Shown: positions 1 through 15,554, numbered from the stretch's first letter. The stretch: 64,000 nucleotides of DNA from an uncultured Clostridia bacterium (GCA_947625225.1 CANQNQ010000004.1:64443-128442); one strand, 5' to 3'. Made by a program: numbers and translations. Notes: a model not told the origin generated them from the sequence alone.

Positions 1-432
1 CCAGTCCTGCGCCTCGGTGCCGCCCGCGCCCGCGTGCAGAGTGAGGATGGCGTTGAGCGCGTCGTACTTGCCGCTGAGCAGCGTGGCGAGGGACAGGCTT
101 TCCACCTGTTCGGACAGTTCGCGGATGGAAGCAAGCAGGTTTTCGTCCTCGGACTCGTCCTGCTCCAGCTCCACGATGTCCACCATGTCCGCCGCCTCGT
201 CTATGCGCGCTATCATCTTTTCAAATTTTTCCACCTTGCTGGACAGCTGACTTATCTCCTTGGATACCTTGCGCGCGTTGTCCGCGTCCTCCCAGAAGTT
301 GTCTGCGTTCTGCTGTTTTTCCAGCTCCGCAATGCGCTGTTTCAGCTTGGCGGGATTTATGCTGTCGTAGGCGCGCACCATCTCGGCGCGCATGTCGCTC
401 AGCGTCTTTCTAGGCTCATTATAGTCCAACAT
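1..432 (-). CDS. prfB: Peptide chain release factor 2, N-terminal part (gene runs off the left edge)
   Basis: Absent from the ORF track because no stop lies in the window. Minus-strand translation from ATG 432..430 gives MLDYNEPRKTLSDMRAEMVRAYDSINPAKLKQRIAELEKQQNADNFWEDADNARKVSKEISQL...LNAILTLHAGAGGTEAQDW. The HAGAGGTEAQDW block and the NFW.D...A.KV block are RF2 hallmarks. secA-prfB adjacency is typical of Firmicutes. Confidence 0.85.
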   Translation of the reverse strand, partial: MLDYNEPRKTLSDMRAEMVRAYDSINPAKLKQRIAELEKQQNADNFWEDADNARKVSKEISQLSSKVEKFEKMIARIDEAADMVDIVELEQDESEDENLLASIRELSEQVESLSLATLLSGKYDALNAILTLHAGAGGTEAQDW

Positions 433-513
433 ACAGTATGCCTCGTCCTCCGTGCCTGTTGGCACATTCAAATGTTTATATGGCGTATTTGATACGCTAA
501 CCCTGCTTTTATA

Positions 514-3177
514 TCAAACGTTTCTGCCGCAACAGTTTTTGTACTTAAGTCCCGAACCGCAGGGGCATGGGTCGTTTCTGCCCGGCTTTTTGTCGGATGC
601 GGCGACGCTCTTTTTGGCGGTGGCGATGTCCTTGCTCAGCTTTGCGTCGGATTCCCCATCGCGCTTTTCCACATGCACCTTAAGCAGTATGGACGCAGTT
701 TCGGTGTGGATGCGGTTGACCATGTCGTCAAACATCTCCCAGCCCTCTTCGCGGTAGGCGATGACGGGGTCGCGCTGGCCGTAGCCTCTCAGTCCTATGC
801 CTCTTCTCAGCGCGTCCATGGCGTCGATATGGTCCATCCACTTGGCGTCGACGGTCTTGAGCAGCACTATGCGCTCTATCTCGCCAAAGTTGACGCCCGC
901 TTTTTTGAGCTCCTCTATCTTGGCGTTGTACTGTTCCACCGCGGGAGTGACCACCGCTTCTTTAAGTTTGTACACGTTGAAGCAGGAGCAAAGCTCGGGG
1001 GTCATTATGTTGCTGCCCTCGGGGAGCATCCTCTTCTCGATGGCGTTGTTGAACGCCTCGTAGTCCCATGTGAGGTAGTCCACCTTGTAGTCGGCGTAGG
1101 CGGTGATTATATCCTCTGCGAGGTCGCCGATCATCTCCACTATCTGGTCGTGCACGTCAAGTCCGTCCAGCACCTTGCCGCGCTCCTTGTAAATTATCTC
1201 GCGCTGCGCGTTCATCACGTCGTCGTAGCTGAGCACCTGCTTGCGGATGGAGAAGTTTCTGCCCTCCACCAGCTTCTGCGCGCGCTCGATGGACTTGGTG
1301 ATGATGGCGTTTGAGATGGGCACGTCGTCGGACAGACTGAGCGCCGCCGCCATAGACTTCATCTTGTCGCCGCCGAATATGCGCGCCACGTCGTCCTCCA
1401 TGGAAATGTAAAACACCGTGCTGCCGGGGTCGCCCTGACGTCCCGCGCGGCCGCGGAGCTGGTTGTCTATACGCCTGCTCTCATGCCTTTCGGTGCCCAC
1501 TATTCTGAGACCGCCCTGCGCAATGACCTTTTCCTTTTCCTCATCGCAATGCGCCTTGAAGTCGTCATAGTGATGCCGATACACTTCCTTTGCGTTGATT
1601 ATCTCGGCGTCCTCTGTGTGGTAGGGGGAGCTTGCCAGCTCTATCACTTCGGGGGCGTAGCCGTCCTTTTCCATGCGCTGCTTCGCCTGAAATTCGGGAT
1701 TGCCGCCCAGCATTATATCCGTGCCGCGGCCCGCCATATTTGTAGCGATGGTGACTGCGCCAAATCTGCCCGCCTGCGCGATTATCTCCGCCTCCTGTTT
1801 GTGGAACTTGGCGTTGAGCACGTTGTGCGGGATTCCCTTTTTGCGCAGTATGGCGCTGAGCTCCTCCGACTTTTCCACGCTGACCGTGCCCACCAATATG
1901 GGCTGACCCGTGGCGTGGTGAGTGAGGATGTCCTCCACTATCGCCGTCAGCTTGCCGCCCTGCTTGGTGTATATCTTGTCGTGCTCGTCCACGCGTCTGG
2001 AGGGCTTGTTGGGCGGGATCGTCACGACGTCAAGCGAGTAAATGTCCTTAAACTCGTCCTCTTCCGTCTTGGCGGTACCCGTCATGCCGCTCAGCTTTGA
2101 GTACATCCTGAAGAAGTTTTGGAAAGTGATGGTGGCAAGCGTCTTGTTTTCGCTGCGGATGACCACGTGTTCCTTTGCCTCTATCGCCTGATGCAGCCCC
2201 TCGTTGTAGCGGCGGCCTATCATTATACGGCCCGTAAACTCGTCCACGATGAGCACTTCGCCGTCGCTGACGATGTAGTCCTTGTCCTTTTTCATCATAT
2301 AATGCGCCTTGAGGGCTTGCTGGATATGATGATAAAGATCCGTATTTTCAAGATCGGTGAGGTTGGTGACGCGGAAGAAGTACTCCGCCTTTGCCACGCC
2401 GTCGTCGGTGAGCATGATGGCGTGTTCCTTCTCCTCTATGGTGAAGTCCTTGCCCTCACGGCACTGCCTTGCAAAGTTGTCCGCGGACTTGTACATCTCG
2501 CTGGACTTGCCGCCCCTGCCCGATATAATCAGAGGCGTGCGCGCTTCGTCGATCAGGATGGAGTCCACCTCGTCGATGATGGCGAAGTTCAGCTCGCGCT
2601 GGACCTTTTCCGCCTTGCGCACCACCATGTTGTCCCTGAGGAAGTCAAAGCCCAACTCGTTGTTGGTGCAGTAGGTGATATCGCTGTTGTACGCGGCACG
2701 CTTTGCCTCGGGGGACATGCCGGGCACCACTATGCCCACGCTCAGCCCCAAAAACCTGTACAGCTTGCCCATCCAATTGGCGTCGCGGGTGGCGAGGTAG
2801 TCGTTGACGGTGACCACGTGCACGCCCTTGCCTGTCAGCGCGTTGAGGTAGGCGGGCAAGGTGGCGACAAGCGTTTTGCCTTCGCCGGTTGCCATCTCGG
2901 CGATCCTGCCCTGGTGCAGCGCAACGCCGCCCATCAGCTGCACAAAGAAGTGCCGCATGCCCAGCACGCGCTCGCCCGCTTCGCGCACGGTGGCGTATGC
3001 CTCCACAAGTATGTCGTCAAGCTTGGCGCCCTTTGCCAACCTGTCCTTGAATATGGCGGTCTGCCCGACAAGCTGTTCGTCGCTCATCGCGTGGTAGACG
3101 GGCGCAAGCGCTTCGATCTTTTCGGCGATCTTTTTGAGCTTGCTTACCTTTCTGTCGTTTTCATTGAAAATAGACAT
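514..3177 (-). CDS. secA: Preprotein translocase ATPase SecA (887 aa)
   Basis: N-terminus ...MRHFFVQLMGGVALHQGRIAEMATGEGKTLVATLPAYLNALTGKGVHVVTVNDYLATRD carries the Walker A motif. The C-terminal zinc-binding tail is CPCGSGLKYKNCCG. ATG at 3177. Confidence 0.97.
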   Translation of the reverse strand: MSIFNENDRKVSKLKKIAEKIEALAPVYHAMSDEQLVGQTAIFKDRLAKGAKLDDILVEAYATVREAGERVLGMRHFFVQLMGGVALHQGRIAEMATGEGKTLVATLPAYLNALTGKGVHVVTVNDYLATRDANWMGKLYRFLGLSVGIVVPGMSPEAKRAAYNSDITYCTNNELGFDFLRDNMVVRKAEKVQRELNFAIIDEVDSILIDEARTPLIISGRGGKSSEMYKSADNFARQCREGKDFTIEEKEHAIMLTDDGVAKAEYFFRVTNLTDLENTDLYHHIQQALKAHYMMKKDKDYIVSDGEVLIVDEFTGRIMIGRRYNEGLHQAIEAKEHVVIRSENKTLATITFQNFFRMYSKLSGMTGTAKTEEDEFKDIYSLDVVTIPPNKPSRRVDEHDKIYTKQGGKLTAIVEDILTHHATGQPILVGTVSVEKSEELSAILRKKGIPHNVLNAKFHKQEAEIIAQAGRFGAVTIATNMAGRGTDIMLGGNPEFQAKQRMEKDGYAPEVIELASSPYHTEDAEIINAKEVYRHHYDDFKAHCDEEKEKVIAQGGLRIVGTERHESRRIDNQLRGRAGRQGDPGSTVFYISMEDDVARIFGGDKMKSMAAALSLSDDVPISNAIITKSIERAQKLVEGRNFSIRKQVLSYDDVMNAQREIIYKERGKVLDGLDVHDQIVEMIGDLAEDIITAYADYKVDYLTWDYEAFNNAIEKRMLPEGSNIMTPELCSCFNVYKLKEAVVTPAVEQYNAKIEELKKAGVNFGEIERIVLLKTVDAKWMDHIDAMDALRRGIGLRGYGQRDPVIAYREEGWEMFDDMVNRIHTETASILLKVHVEKRDGESDAKLSKDIATAKKSVAASDKKPGRNDPCPCGSGLKYKNCCGRNV

Positions 3178-3229
3178 ATATCCCTCTTAATTTCGCGCGC
3201 GTATGCGCCGCGCGCTTAACTGTCAAATC

Positions 3230-3258
3230 ATTATACACTATTACATCTCTCATTTCAA
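3230..3258 (-). promoter_or_regulatory. Candidate sigma-A promoter for secA (TTGAAA-17-TATAAT)
   Basis: On the minus strand, -35 TTGAAA is at 3258..3253 and -10 TATAAT at 3235..3230, with a 17-nt spacer. A GC-rich hairpin (GCGCGCG...CGCGCGC) lies in the short 5' UTR. Confidence 0.5.
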
Positions 3259-3330
3259 GCGCACGATGAGGTAAAGCGCGCTTTAAGCGGTTTTTTTGCA
3301 AATTTCGGGCTTTTGCGCCCAAAACCCCGC

Positions 3331-4146
3331 TCAGATAAATGCGACGCCCGTCTCGCTTTCCACGGGCAACTTCTGCTTCGTGACCGCGGCGACAAGCACG
3401 CTCACGCTTCTTGCGCCCGCCTTTAGCAGCACGTCCGCGCACTCGTTTGCGGTGGCGCCGGTGGTGAACACGTCGTCGATAAGCAGCACTTTCCTGTCCT
3501 TTACCTCGTCAAATATGCACCTAAAAGCCTTTTTCAGATTTTCCGCCCTCTCGGCGCCCGTCAGCCGCTTCTGCGCGGAGGTGTCCCTCACCTTGATAAG
3601 CGCGGGCAGCAGAGGGATGTTGAGACGCGAGGCAACTTCCCTTGCCAACAGCTCGGATTGGTTGTATCCGCGCTTCTTTTCCTCAGACGGCGACATGGGC
3701 ACAAATACCGCTATTTCGCCCTCCATATCCCTTTTGAGAAACTCGTCCGCCATCAGCGCGGCGAGGGTGTACGCGATATACTTTCTGCCGCCGAACTTCA
3801 GCTGATATATGGCGTCCTTGGCAAGCCCGTCGTACAACAGCGGCGCGCGGCAAAGCCTGAATTTGTAATCGTTTTGCTGGCAGCGGTTGCAGTAGTCCGA
3901 CTCGTCCGTCAGCTTCACGCCGCAACTCAGGCATATATGGTCGCCCACAAATGGCATCTCCTCAAGGCACTTTGCGCACAGCCTGTAACGCGTGGGCGCG
4001 ATCAGCTCCGAACGACAGATGTCGCAGGTTATATCCGCGGGGAACATCGCCCCATCCGCGGCGCGGACCGCCCTTGTTGCGCCCGCCTTAATTTTTTCCT
4101 TGCAACGCGCGACGAATTGCGAAAATTTTTCCCGTTTAGAAGTCAT
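3331..4146 (-). CDS. ComF-family protein (ComFC-like, double zinc ribbon plus phosphoribosyltransferase fold)
   Basis: The CDICRSEL...CAKC...CLSCG...CNRCQ cysteine pairs are followed by the PRTase signature VLLIDDVFTTGATANECADVLLKAG. The ATG at 4146 overlaps the recD2 stop by 11 nt. An alternative start at 4047 (MFPADITCDIC) is possible. Confidence 0.8.
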   Translation of the reverse strand: MTSKREKFSQFVARCKEKIKAGATRAVRAADGAMFPADITCDICRSELIAPTRYRLCAKCLEEMPFVGDHICLSCGVKLTDESDYCNRCQQNDYKFRLCRAPLLYDGLAKDAIYQLKFGGRKYIAYTLAALMADEFLKRDMEGEIAVFVPMSPSEEKKRGYNQSELLAREVASRLNIPLLPALIKVRDTSAQKRLTGAERAENLKKAFRCIFDEVKDRKVLLIDDVFTTGATANECADVLLKAGARSVSVLVAAVTKQKLPVESETGVAFI

Positions 4147-6394
4147 CGCCCCTCGCCTCGTTCTCTATCAGATTTATAAGCAGCGAATATCGCCGCGCGG
4201 TCTCGTTGTTGCGCACCATGCGCTGCACCGTCTTTTTGGAACCTGCAAGCACCACCAGCCTCTTTGCGCGCGTGACCGCCGTGTACAGCAGATTGCGCGT
4301 CTGCAACAGGTAGTTGGACTCAAGCGCAATGACCACCGCGTCAAACTCGCAACCCTGCGATTTGTGTATGGTGACGGCGTACGCCAACGTCAGTTGATCG
4401 ATGTCGCTATATTGATAAACAGACACTTTATCATCATCAAAACGCACGGTAAACTGCATTATCTGCGTATTTATACTCTCCACCGTGCCTATGTCGCCGT
4501 TGAACACGCCCGTGCCGCGCTCCGTGCGGGAGCCCACCTGCTGCGTCCATTCCTGCTGGTAGTTGTTTTGCAATTGCATCACCTTGTCGCCCTCGCGGAA
4601 GATAAGATCGCCGTGCTTCAGCTCGCGCTTGTGCGGCGAGGGAGGATTGATGACGCGCTGCAATTCGCGGTTGAGGTTGACCGTACCCGCGTAGCTGCGC
4701 TTCATGGGACACAGCACCTGTATGTCCCGCGGTTGAATGCCAAGGTACTTTGGCAGGCGCTTTGTCACAAGCGCTATAGTCGTGGCGCATATGCTTTCGC
4801 CCGTGTCCTTCTCCTCAAAGAAGAAGTCGCTGCTCTTGTTGTCGAGGTCGGGCATCTCGCCCCTGTTTATCTTGTGGGCGTTGGGGACTATCTTGCTGTC
4901 CTCGGACTGCCTGTATATCTGCGTGAGGTAGCTCACCGAAAATCTGCCGCATTTGATGAGGTCGTTGAGTACGTTACCCGCGCCCACGGAGGCAAGCTGA
5001 TCCTTGTCCCCCACCAGCACCAACCTTGCGCCCTTGGGGAGCGCGTTGAGCAGGGCGTTGAACACAAACTCGTCCACCATGCTGACCTCGTCCACTATCA
5101 CCGCGTCAAGCGGCAGCGGACAATGTTCGTCAAAGGTGAAGTGCCCCTCGCCGTTTTTCCAATCCATCTCCAGCAGGCGGTGGATGGTCTTTGCGTCGGC
5201 GTCGGTTGCCTGCGCCAGGCGTTTTGCCGCCCTTCCCGTGGGAGCGCACAACGCCACCCTCTGTCCGAGGTTTTTGAACAGCCTGATGATGCATTTCACT
5301 ATGGTGGTCTTGCCCGTGCCGGGGCCGCCGGTGATTATATGCACGCCATTCTGGACGGCTTCGCGCACGGCGTCCTTCTGGTTGGGATGCAGCTCGAAGC
5401 CCGCTTCCCTCTCGAATCTGCCCACCTCGTAGTCCACGTCCACTCTGAAATCGGACGCTTGCTGTTTGAGCTGCAGAAGTCTGCGCGCAATGTTGCGCTC
5501 CGTGCGGTAGTTGCGCTTGAGCAGTATGGCGGTGTGCTCGCCCGTGTCGTACTTGACGAGGTCGCCCAAAAACACCAGATCCTGGATGACGTCCTGTATG
5601 CGGGAGTCCTCCACGACGGTTTCGCCGCCGAGCAACGTGCGCGTGCTCTCCACAAGCGTCGCCTCGGGCAGGTAGTTGTGACCCGCCTTGAGCGCGGCGT
5701 CCTTGAGAATATAAATTATTGCGGCGCTTATGCGGTGGTCGCTGTTCTTCTCTATGCCCAGCTCACCCGCTATCCTGTCCGCGGTGGCAAATCCTATGCC
5801 GTCTATGTCGTCGACAAGCATATACGGATTTTTGCGCACGTTGTCCTCCGTCTTGAGGTCGTACACCTTGTAGATGCGCAGCGCCATATTGATGGTGATG
5901 CCAAGCTCCTGCAAAAACATGATGGCGTTTTGCATCTTTTGCAGCTTGACGTAGCTCATGCCGAACTCGGTCGCCTTTTTGAGGGATATGCCCTTGACCT
6001 TGGCAAGCTCGAAGGGGAACTTCATCATCTCCAGACTGTCCACGCCGAATTTGGCGACGATGGCCTCCGCTGTGGCGGGACCTAAGCCCGCGATGAGCCC
6101 GCTGGACAAAAACTTCTTTATGCCGTCCAGCTTGGAGGGCTGACTCACCCATACTTTGTCCGCAAAAAACTGCTTGCCGTACAGCGTCTTGACCTCGAAC
6201 TTGCCCTCCGCGCGGACGTTTTGTCCCACGCTGACCTGCGGAAAGATACCGACAACGGTAAACACGCTGTCCTCGCATTGCAGATCGAGCACAGTATATC
6301 CCGTGTCGGGGCTGTTGAATATGACGCTTTTTATCTCGCCTTTTAGTTCCACACGTTCCTTGCGGGGCGCTTGCGCAAACGTCTGATTGCGCAA
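4136..6394 (-). CDS. recD2: RecD2-type ATP-dependent DNA helicase
   Basis: Walker A motif HIITGGPGTGKTT, then LVLVGDKDQLASVGAGNVL, and a C-terminal TIHKSQGCEF...LLYTAVTRAK block. The ORF-track start at 6394 is a TTG. A GTG at 6352 preceded by AAGGAA is a plausible true start (VELKGEIKSVIFNS...). Confidence 0.9.
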   Translation of the reverse strand: MRNQTFAQAPRKERVELKGEIKSVIFNSPDTGYTVLDLQCEDSVFTVVGIFPQVSVGQNVRAEGKFEVKTLYGKQFFADKVWVSQPSKLDGIKKFLSSGLIAGLGPATAEAIVAKFGVDSLEMMKFPFELAKVKGISLKKATEFGMSYVKLQKMQNAIMFLQELGITINMALRIYKVYDLKTEDNVRKNPYMLVDDIDGIGFATADRIAGELGIEKNSDHRISAAIIYILKDAALKAGHNYLPEATLVESTRTLLGGETVVEDSRIQDVIQDLVFLGDLVKYDTGEHTAILLKRNYRTERNIARRLLQLKQQASDFRVDVDYEVGRFEREAGFELHPNQKDAVREAVQNGVHIITGGPGTGKTTIVKCIIRLFKNLGQRVALCAPTGRAAKRLAQATDADAKTIHRLLEMDWKNGEGHFTFDEHCPLPLDAVIVDEVSMVDEFVFNALLNALPKGARLVLVGDKDQLASVGAGNVLNDLIKCGRFSVSYLTQIYRQSEDSKIVPNAHKINRGEMPDLDNKSSDFFFEEKDTGESICATTIALVTKRLPKYLGIQPRDIQVLCPMKRSYAGTVNLNRELQRVINPPSPHKRELKHGDLIFREGDKVMQLQNNYQQEWTQQVGSRTERGTGVFNGDIGTVESINTQIMQFTVRFDDDKVSVYQYSDIDQLTLAYAVTIHKSQGCEFDAVVIALESNYLLQTRNLLYTAVTRAKRLVVLAGSKKTVQRMVRNNETARRYSLLINLIENEARGDDF

Positions 6395-6412
6395 AACGCC
6401 CTTTTATTATGC

Positions 6413-6439
6413 AAAAACGATAGGGTTAGCCTATCGTTT
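6413..6439 (-). terminator. Intrinsic terminator after metK
   Basis: The minus strand reads AAACGATAGG-CTAAC-CCTATCGTTT followed by TTTTT. It begins 13 nt after the metK stop. Confidence 0.65.
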
Positions 6440-6451
6440 GCGCAAAATCAT

Positions 6452-7636
6452 TCAAAATTTGTACTTGCTAAGCGCGCTGAGTATCTCGTCGGTCTTGTCC
6501 GTCTGTTCCCAGCTGAAATCCGCTCTGCCGAAGTGTCCGTAGTTGGACGTCGCACGATATATGGGCCTTTGCAGGCACAGATTGCGGATTATCGCGGCGG
6601 GACGCAGATCGAACACTTCGCGCACGATCTTTGCTATCACGTCGTCGCCGACGACGCCCGTCCCATAGGTGTTGACGTACACGGACACGGGATGCGCCAT
6701 GCCTATCGCATACGCCACTTGCAGCTCCGCCTTGCGGCATATGCCGGACGCCACCAGGTTTTTGCAGATGTAGCGCGCCATATATGCGCCGCTTCTGTCC
6801 ACCTTGGTGGGGTCCTTGCCGCTGAGCGCGCCGCCGCCGTGGGGACAGAATCCGCCGTAGGTGTCCACGATTATCTTTCTGCCCGTAACGCCGCTGTCGC
6901 CCGCAGGTCCGCCTATCACGAACCTGCCCGTGGGATTGATGTATATCTTGGTGTTGTCGTCAAGATACTCGTCGGGGATGGAGGTCTCTATGACCTTTTT
7001 GATGATCTCCCTCTCGATGGTGTCGCTGTCCACGTCCTCGGAGTGCTGGCAGCTGACCACAACGGTGTCTACCCTTTCGGGAACGCCGTCTATGTACTCC
7101 ACCGTGACCTGCGCTTTGCCGTCGGGGCGCAGCCACTCAAGCTCGCCGCTCTTGCGCACCTCGGTAAGTTTTTTTGTGAGGGCGTGCGCAAGAATGATGG
7201 GCAGAGGCATAAGCTCCACGGTCTCGTCGGACGCGTAGCCGAACATCATGCCCTGATCGCCCGCGCCGATGCGCTCGAACTCGTCCTCACCCGCGGTATC
7301 CGTGGCGTCGTTTACCCCAAGCGCAATGTCCGGGGACTGCTCGTCAATGGAGCTGAGCACCGCGCACGTCTTGTAGTCAAAGCCGAGCGAGCTGTCGTTG
7401 TAGCCGACGTCCTTTATGACGCCGCGCACAATTGCGGGTATATCGCTGTAGTGGCTGGTGGTCACCTCGCCGAACACCATTACCATGCCCGTCGTGGCGC
7501 ACACCTCCACCGCTACGCGCGCGGAAGGATCATCCGCGATGATGTCGTCAAGTATTGCGTCCGCAATCTGATCGCACACCTTGTCGGGATGTCCTTCTGT
7601 CACACTTTCAGATGTAAAAAGTCCGTTTTTCATCAT
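6452..7636 (-). CDS. metK: S-adenosylmethionine synthase (394 aa)
   Basis: [30 protein letters not shown]..., [12 protein letters not shown] and DTYGG...[20 protein letters not shown] are canonical MetK motifs. Confidence 0.97.
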   Translation of the reverse strand: MMKNGLFTSESVTEGHPDKVCDQIADAILDDIIADDPSARVAVEVCATTGMVMVFGEVTTSHYSDIPAIVRGVIKDVGYNDSSLGFDYKTCAVLSSIDEQSPDIALGVNDATDTAGEDEFERIGAGDQGMMFGYASDETVELMPLPIILAHALTKKLTEVRKSGELEWLRPDGKAQVTVEYIDGVPERVDTVVVSCQHSEDVDSDTIEREIIKKVIETSIPDEYLDDNTKIYINPTGRFVIGGPAGDSGVTGRKIIVDTYGGFCPHGGGALSGKDPTKVDRSGAYMARYICKNLVASGICRKAELQVAYAIGMAHPVSVYVNTYGTGVVGDDVIAKIVREVFDLRPAAIIRNLCLQRPIYRATSNYGHFGRADFSWEQTDKTDEILSALSKYKF

Positions 7637-7642
7637 TGTAGA

Positions 7643-11530
<3,888 letters not shown>

Positions 11531-11542
11531 GGTAGTTCCTCC

Positions 11543-14500
11543 TTACTCCTCATCGGAATCATTTCCGCTGGCAAAATAATCGGTTATATCCGGGGTGCCC
11601 TCTGTGAGCGCGCTGAATATGCTTGCGTCGTCGTCCTCTTCGATGCCGTTGTCAAACAGCGTGCCCTCCGTGTCTGCGCCCGTCGCGCCGATGTCGAAGA
11701 TGTTGCCGTCAAGGATGTCGATCTCCTTGAGCTCCTCGGGCTTCTTGGACATGGGTTCGAAGTCCATATCCTCGTCGGAAGCGTCGCGCAGTTTGATCTC
11801 GTCGTGGTCCTCGGTGAGCACCTTGACGTCAAGACACAAGCTCTGCAACTCCTTGACAAGCACTTTGAAGGATTCGGGGATGCCCGGCTCCGACACATAG
11901 CTGCCCTTGACGATGGATTCGTAGGTCTTTACCCTGCCCACCACGTCGTCCGACTTGACGGTGAGGATCTCCTGCAGCATGTTTGCCGCGCCGTACGCTT
12001 CCAGCGCCCAGACTTCCATTTCGCCGAAGCGCTGTCCGCCGAATTGCGCCTTGCCGCCCAAAGGCTGCTGTGTGACCAGGCTGTAGGGGCCGGTGGACCT
12101 TGCGTGTATCTTGTCGTCAACAAGGTGATGCAGCTTGAGGTAGTACATATAGCCCACCGTTGCGCGGTTCTCGAAGGGTTCGCCCGTCCTGCCGTCGTAC
12201 AGCTGGATCTTGCCGTCCACTTCGCCGTCCTCGTTGACAAGTCCCGCCTCGTGGAACAGAGCCTTTATATCCTGCTCGTTTGCGCCGTCGAACACGGGAG
12301 TTGCCACCTTCCAATCAAGCATGTGCGCTATCAGTCCGAGGTGGACCTCCAGCACCTGACCTATGTTCATACGCGAAGGCACGCCGAGGGGGTTGAGCAC
12401 AATCTGCAGCGGAGTTCCGTCCGCCATGAAAGGCATATCTTCCTTGGGCAGCACTCTTGACACGACGCCCTTGTTGCCGTGGCGTCCCGCCATCTTGTCG
12501 CCGACGGAGATCTTTCTCTTCTGAGCGATGTACACGCGCACCAGCTTGTTCACGCCGGGCGCAAGTTCGTCCTTGTTTTTGCGGGTGAACACTTTGACGT
12601 CCACCACTATGCCGCTTTCACCGTTGGGCACGCGCAACGAGGTGTCGCGCACCTCTCTCGCCTTTTCGCCGAATATCGCGCGCAGCAATCTCTCTTCGGG
12701 AGTCAGTTCGGTCTCGCCCTTTGGCGTGACCTTGCCGACGAGGATGTCGCCCGCCTTGACCTCGGCGCCGACCATCACTATGCCGTCCTCGTCCAGGTTG
12801 GACAGCACTTCGTTGCTGAGGTTGGGGATGTCGCGCGTTATCTGCTCGTCGCCGAGCTTGGTGTCGCGGCACTCTATTTCGTACTCCTCGATGTGGATGG
12901 AGGTATACAGGTCGTCCCTTACCAGCTCCTCGCTGATGAGGACCGCGTCCTCGTAGTTGTAGCCTTCCCAGGACATAAAGCCTATCAGCATGTTTCTGCC
13001 CAGCGCCAGCTCGCCGTGGTCGCACGCGGGACCGTCCGCAAGCACGGTGCCTTCGCTTAGGAGGTTGCCCTCCTCGTCGTACTTTGCGCCGAAAACTCTG
13101 TCGCCCTTTGACACGATGGGATGCTGGTTGATGCAGGTGGACTGGTTGGAACGCTCGAATTTGCTGAGCGTGTACACGTCCTCGGTGCCGTCGAGGCATT
13201 CCACGATGATGGTGTCGCTGTCGACGTACTTGACAAAGCCGTCCTTCTTGGCTATCTTCAGCACGCCGCTGTCATAGGCTATCTTGTGCTCGACGCCGGT
13301 GGCTATCATGGGCGCTTCGGGCTTCAAGAGCGGCACCGCTTGCCTCTGCATATTGGAGCCCATCAGCGCGCGGTTGGTATCGTCGTTTTCAAGGAAGGGT
13401 ATCAACGCCGTCGCAATGGAGATCAGCTGTTTGGGGTTGACGTCCATGTAGTCCGCCCTGAACTTGGGCACCTCGCGTATATCCTTCTGTATACGGCAGT
13501 TGACGCGGGGACGCACGAAGCGGCTGGTCTCGTCCAGTTCCTCGTTGGCTTGCGCGATGACGTATTTGTCCTCCTCATCCGCCGCCATATACACCACTTC
13601 GTCCGTGACGACGGAGTCGATGACTTTGCCGTCCTCGTCGTAGGTTTTCTTTATCTTTCTGTACGGAGTTTCAATAAATCCATACTCGTTGACCTTCGCG
13701 TAGGAGGACAGCGAGGTGATAAGTCCTATGTTCTGACCTTCGGGGGTCTCTATTGGGCACATGCGTCCGTAATGGGAGTGGTGAACGTCGCGCACTTCGA
13801 AGCTGGCGCGCTCCCTGTTGAGGCCGCCGGGACCCAGAGCGGACAGCTTGCGCTTGTGCGTCAGCTCCGCAATGGGGTTGGGCTGGTCCATAAACTGCGA
13901 CAGCTGCGAGGAGCCGAAAAACTCCTTTATCGCGCTGGTCACGGGACGTATGTTGATAAGCGTCTGAGGCGTGATCTCCGAATTTTCCTGAGCGGCTGAC
14001 ATCCTCTCCTTGATGACTCTCTCCAGACGGGAGATGCCTATGCGGAACTGATTCTGAAGCAGCTCGCCCACGGCGCGTACGCGGCGGTTGGACAGGTGGT
14101 CGATGTCGTCGCAGGTGCCAAAGCCGTATCTGAGGCCGAGGTTGTAGTCGGTGGTGGCAACGATGTCGTCAAGCGTGATGTGCTTGTACACCAGCTCGTC
14201 GCGGGAAGCCTTGATGGCAAGCAACAGTTGATCGGGATCGTCGCCAAATTCCTCCATCAAACGCTTGAGGTTGGGATAGTACACCTTTTCGAGAATGCCC
14301 AGCTCGCGGGGATTGCAATCCACAAACGCGTCGAGGTCGACGGTGTTGTTGCCGATCAGCTTGAACTCGTGCTCGGCGCCCTCCGCGTCCACGTACTCGA
14401 GGTACGCGACGTTTACGGCGTTGTTTTGTATCTCCTTTGCCTTCTCCTCGCCGATGACGTCGCCCTTGACGGCAAGTATCTCGCCCGTGACGGGGCTGAC

Positions 14501-15391
14501 GATGTCCCTTGCCAGCTTGTAGCCCACAAGGCGGTTGGCGATGGACAGCTTCTTGTTGTATTTATAGCGGCCTACCCTTGCGAGGTCGTAGCGCTTGTAA
14601 TCATAGAATGTGTTGTGGATAAGCACGTTTGCGCCTTCCACAGTGGGCACCTCGCCCGGACGCAGACGGCGGAAAAGATCCAGCTTGCCCATATCTTCCG
14701 TCTTGCAGTTGGTGTCCTTTTCGCAGGTCTTGGCGATCATCTCGTCGCCGCCGAACAGATCGAGGAGCTGCTCGTCCGTGCCGTAGCCCAGCGCGCGCAA
14801 CAGCGTTGTGGAGGTTATCTTTCTGGTGCGGTCGACGTGCACCCACTGCACGCCGGTGGAATCCTGCTCGTACTCCAGCCAGGCGCCGCGATTGGGGATG
14901 ACGGTGGTGGCATAACGCGGCACGCCGTTTTTGTCAAGCACTCTGTCATTGTACACGCCGGGGCTTCTGACCAACTGGCTGACGATGACGCGCTCCGCGC
15001 CGTTGATGACAAAGGATCCGCTTTCGGTCATAAGCGGGAAATCGCCCATAAACACTTCCTGCTCGACCACTTCGCCCGTCTCCATGTTTTTGAGGCGCGC
15101 CCTCACCTTGAGGGGCACAGCGTATGTAGCGTCGCGATCCTTGCATTCCTTGACGCTGTACTTGGGCTCGCCGTCAAATCTGTGGGAAAGAAATTCCAAC
15201 TCCAGCTTGCCGGAGAAGTCCGAGATAGGCGAATAATCCCTGAACACCTCGTCGATGCCTTCACCGATAAAGCTGTTGTAAGATTTCTTCTGCACCTCGA
15301 TGAGGTACGGTATGGGAAGGACGTTTTTTATCTTGGAAAAATCGCGCCTTTCCGTGGTGCCGTACATTTGATTGTGAATTCTTTGGGACAT
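11543..15391 (-). CDS. rpoB: DNA-directed RNA polymerase subunit beta (1282 aa)
   Basis: Conserved beta-subunit blocks include [44 protein letters not shown] and [21 protein letters not shown] ribosome-binding site before the ATG at 15391. Confidence 0.98.
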   Translation of the reverse strand: MSQRIHNQMYGTTERRDFSKIKNVLPIPYLIEVQKKSYNSFIGEGIDEVFRDYSPISDFSGKLELEFLSHRFDGEPKYSVKECKDRDATYAVPLKVRARLKNMETGEVVEQEVFMGDFPLMTESGSFVINGAERVIVSQLVRSPGVYNDRVLDKNGVPRYATTVIPNRGAWLEYEQDSTGVQWVHVDRTRKITSTTLLRALGYGTDEQLLDLFGGDEMIAKTCEKDTNCKTEDMGKLDLFRRLRPGEVPTVEGANVLIHNTFYDYKRYDLARVGRYKYNKKLSIANRLVGYKLARDIVSPVTGEILAVKGDVIGEEKAKEIQNNAVNVAYLEYVDAEGAEHEFKLIGNNTVDLDAFVDCNPRELGILEKVYYPNLKRLMEEFGDDPDQLLLAIKASRDELVYKHITLDDIVATTDYNLGLRYGFGTCDDIDHLSNRRVRAVGELLQNQFRIGISRLERVIKERMSAAQENSEITPQTLINIRPVTSAIKEFFGSSQLSQFMDQPNPIAELTHKRKLSALGPGGLNRERASFEVRDVHHSHYGRMCPIETPEGQNIGLITSLSSYAKVNEYGFIETPYRKIKKTYDEDGKVIDSVVTDEVVYMAADEEDKYVIAQANEELDETSRFVRPRVNCRIQKDIREVPKFRADYMDVNPKQLISIATALIPFLENDDTNRALMGSNMQRQAVPLLKPEAPMIATGVEHKIAYDSGVLKIAKKDGFVKYVDSDTIIVECLDGTEDVYTLSKFERSNQSTCINQHPIVSKGDRVFGAKYDEEGNLLSEGTVLADGPACDHGELALGRNMLIGFMSWEGYNYEDAVLISEELVRDDLYTSIHIEEYEIECRDTKLGDEQITRDIPNLSNEVLSNLDEDGIVMVGAEVKAGDILVGKVTPKGETELTPEERLLRAIFGEKAREVRDTSLRVPNGESGIVVDVKVFTRKNKDELAPGVNKLVRVYIAQKRKISVGDKMAGRHGNKGVVSRVLPKEDMPFMADGTPLQIVLNPLGVPSRMNIGQVLEVHLGLIAHMLDWKVATPVFDGANEQDIKALFHEAGLVNEDGEVDGKIQLYDGRTGEPFENRATVGYMYYLKLHHLVDDKIHARSTGPYSLVTQQPLGGKAQFGGQRFGEMEVWALEAYGAANMLQEILTVKSDDVVGRVKTYESIVKGSYVSEPGIPESFKVLVKELQSLCLDVKVLTEDHDEIKLRDASDEDMDFEPMSKKPEELKEIDILDGNIFDIGATGADTEGTLFDNGIEEDDDASIFSALTEGTPDITDYFASGNDSDEE

Positions 15392-15554
15392 ATATTCACT
15401 CCTTAAAAAAATTGCCTGATGTTGCCCTGTTTTGTCAAAATAGGGTATTGCTTTTTCGAGTTTGAGCGACTATAATATATCTGTCGCAAAAACCCCCTAC
15501 CCCCGCAGATATATATTTGCGAGGGCAGGCATTTGTATTATTGCGCAGTTTTTC

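Noticed and set aside
15448-15476. A plus-strand TTGCTT-17-TATAAT promoter-like site lies upstream of rqcP.
   Set aside because: It would fire head-on into the stronger minus-strand rpoB promoter (15555-15583) and would leave a 276-nt leader. This is possible, but it may be a chance match in AT-rich intergenic DNA, so it is not listed as a feature.
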